From: an uncultured delta proteobacterium
GTDB taxonomy: Bacteria > Desulfobacterota > RBG-13-43-22
Length of the DNA stretch: 64,000 bases
Reading direction: 5' to 3'
Assembly (NCBI GenBank): GCA_963802945.1
Contig: CAWDKY010000016.1
Span: forward strand, 160,001 to 224,000
Part shown: positions 62,776 through 64,000 of the stretch, piece by piece
Position numbering within the stretch: the stretch's first letter is position 1
Layout of the letters: every line of letters starts with the position of its first letter
Notes under the pieces: model-generated
Database searches by the model: none
Told to the model about the DNA's origin: nothing
What the model saw: the letters and a program-made list of their open reading frames with translations, nothing else
Made by a program: the position numbers and the translations under genes

Positions 62776-62828
62776 CTGAAAGCTGAAAGCCGAAAGGAAA
62801 TTCGGTTCTTCAAACCTTGGGCTTTCAG
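62774..62828 (+). repeat. Heptamer tandem repeat (AGCTGAA family) with short complementary arm
   Basis: AGCTGAA AGCTGAA AGCCGAA AG ... GCTTTCAG. Confidence 0.65.
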
Positions 62829-62844
62829 GGTTGAATTAACCTCA

Positions 62845-62931
62845 CAGGATTCTGTAAACTCGTTTTTCTCGGGTAGCTCATGAGGGCAATCCAGCCGTTG
62901 GCGGGATAGATGGACTTTTTTTAGCAACCTG
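62845..62931. mobile_element. Degenerate MITE related to 15608-15758
   Basis: CAGGATTCTGTAAACTC ... GGACTTTTTTTAGCAACCTG ends. Confidence 0.5.
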
Positions 62932-62952
62932 TTTAAACAAGGAGGATTTATT

Positions 62953-64000
62953 ATGTCTTCTAAAAATATTAAAAGGATCGGGATTATTACCAGCGGCGGG
63001 GATTGCGGCGGACTGAATGCCGTTATCAAAGGGATTGCCCGGGAGGCTTATTCCCTGGGAATTGAATCGGTGGTTATCCCTAACGGCTATGCCGGTCTTT
63101 ATAACCTGGTGGATCTGAGCGACGTAGTCTTGCTCGATGCCGACAGGGTAAGCCGCATCGAGGCCTCTCTGGCCGGATCGGAGGCCGGCCATTCCCGGGT
63201 CAAGATCAGCAAGATTGCCGATCCCAAAAAATACGAGCGCATAAAAGAAGGTCTCAAAAAATTCCACATCGATGCCCTGATCATCAGCGGAGGCGACGAC
63301 ACCGGCAGTGTGGTGGTGGATCTGAGTTCCCGGGATATTCCTTGCGTCCATGTCCCCAAAACCATGGATCTGGATCTGCAACCTTATAGTGTCGGCGGGG
63401 ATTCCTCCATCAATCGTATTGCTCTTTTTGCCAGGGATTTAAAGACAACGGGCTTAAGCCACAACCGTATTCTGGTCATTGAGGTCTTTGGACGATATGT
63501 CGGACATACGGCCTTTCGGGGCGGAGTGGGGGCCGAAGCCGACTGTATCCTGATACCGGAAATCCCGGTTGATTTTGATGTGGTCTATGAACACCTGTGG
63601 AAGACCTACTGCGGCCGAATAGAAAGAAGTGATGTCAAGGCCGGTACCTATATTATCGTCGTTTCTGAAGGGATCACAGACGCCAGCGGGCAATTGCTTT
63701 ATGATGAATCTGCCGGGGTCGATGCCTTTGGACATAAAAAATTGGCTGGCGCCGGAAGATATGTAAGACAGCAATTGGAAAAACGATTAAAGGAAGACTC
63801 CGAAGTGAAAGCGTTTATGAAACGAGTCGGTATGTATGCCCCGGGTGTTTATGAAATACCCGAGGTGCGGGAAGTGACCCCTGGTCACCTGGTCCGCTCC
63901 GGTCAGTCATCTGCTTTTGATGTCAACTTTGGCCAAAAGGCCGGGGCGGCTGCCGTCCTACTTTTATTAAAAGATAAAATCGGAACAACCCTGGTCAGTG
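62953..64000 (+). CDS. pfkA: 6-phosphofructokinase family protein; 3'-truncated by the window edge
   Basis: ITSGGDCGGLNAVI, GGDDT, PKTMD.D, EVFGR and GHLVRSG motifs; GGAGG RBS; absent from the ORF track because no stop is reached. Confidence 0.9.
   Translation, partial: MSSKNIKRIGIITSGGDCGGLNAVIKGIAREAYSLGIESVVIPNGYAGLYNLVDLSDVVLLDADRVSRIEASLAGSEAGHSRVKISKIADPKKYERIKEGLKKFHIDALIISGGDDTGSVVVDLSSRDIPCVHVPKTMDLDLQPYSVGGDSSINRIALFARDLKTTGLSHNRILVIEVFGRYVGHTAFRGGVGAEADCILIPEIPVDFDVVYEHLWKTYCGRIERSDVKAGTYIIVVSEGITDASGQLLYDESAGVDAFGHKKLAGAGRYVRQQLEKRLKEDSEVKAFMKRVGMYAPGVYEIPEVREVTPGHLVRSGQSSAFDVNFGQKAGAAAVLLLLKDKIGTTLVS

Overview
A 64-kb bacterial chromosomal window. Gene content and order (mobB-ddl, acpS-nnr-CBS-tsaE-lysC-cimA-comEA, thiD-thiC-birA-purE, archease-rtcB) suggest a deltaproteobacterium (Desulfobacterota); this is inference only. 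1-12 kb is a partly decayed cell-surface glycan modification region: a GT-C-like membrane protein, a methyltransferase, two SGNH hydrolases, a GC-rich B12 radical SAM gene and a pseudogenised carbamoyltransferase-SxtJ-DUF5989 trio. 14-45 kb is mostly housekeeping, plus a 9-PAS HD-GYP protein, a Gld-like ABC system, glgP and a small bS22-like gene missing from the ORF track. 45.3-51.3 kb is a defence islet (HicBA, C protein + BamHI-like endonuclease + convergent methyltransferase, VapBC, BrnTA) built between duplicated spacer segments. 51-64 kb is housekeeping again. The most striking non-coding signal is a set of about 13 intergenic elements made of 7- or 8-nt tandem units. Most form inverted-repeat hairpins, they come from several unrelated sequence families, and the hairpins have the purine-rich arm first on the transcribed strand. 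Nested REP/MITE-like elements are also present. Single-base frameshifts in housekeeping genes (lysC, cimA, glgP) suggest assembly indel errors, so frameshift-only pseudogene calls are tentative. No rRNA, tRNA, CRISPR array, integrase or intact transposase was seen.
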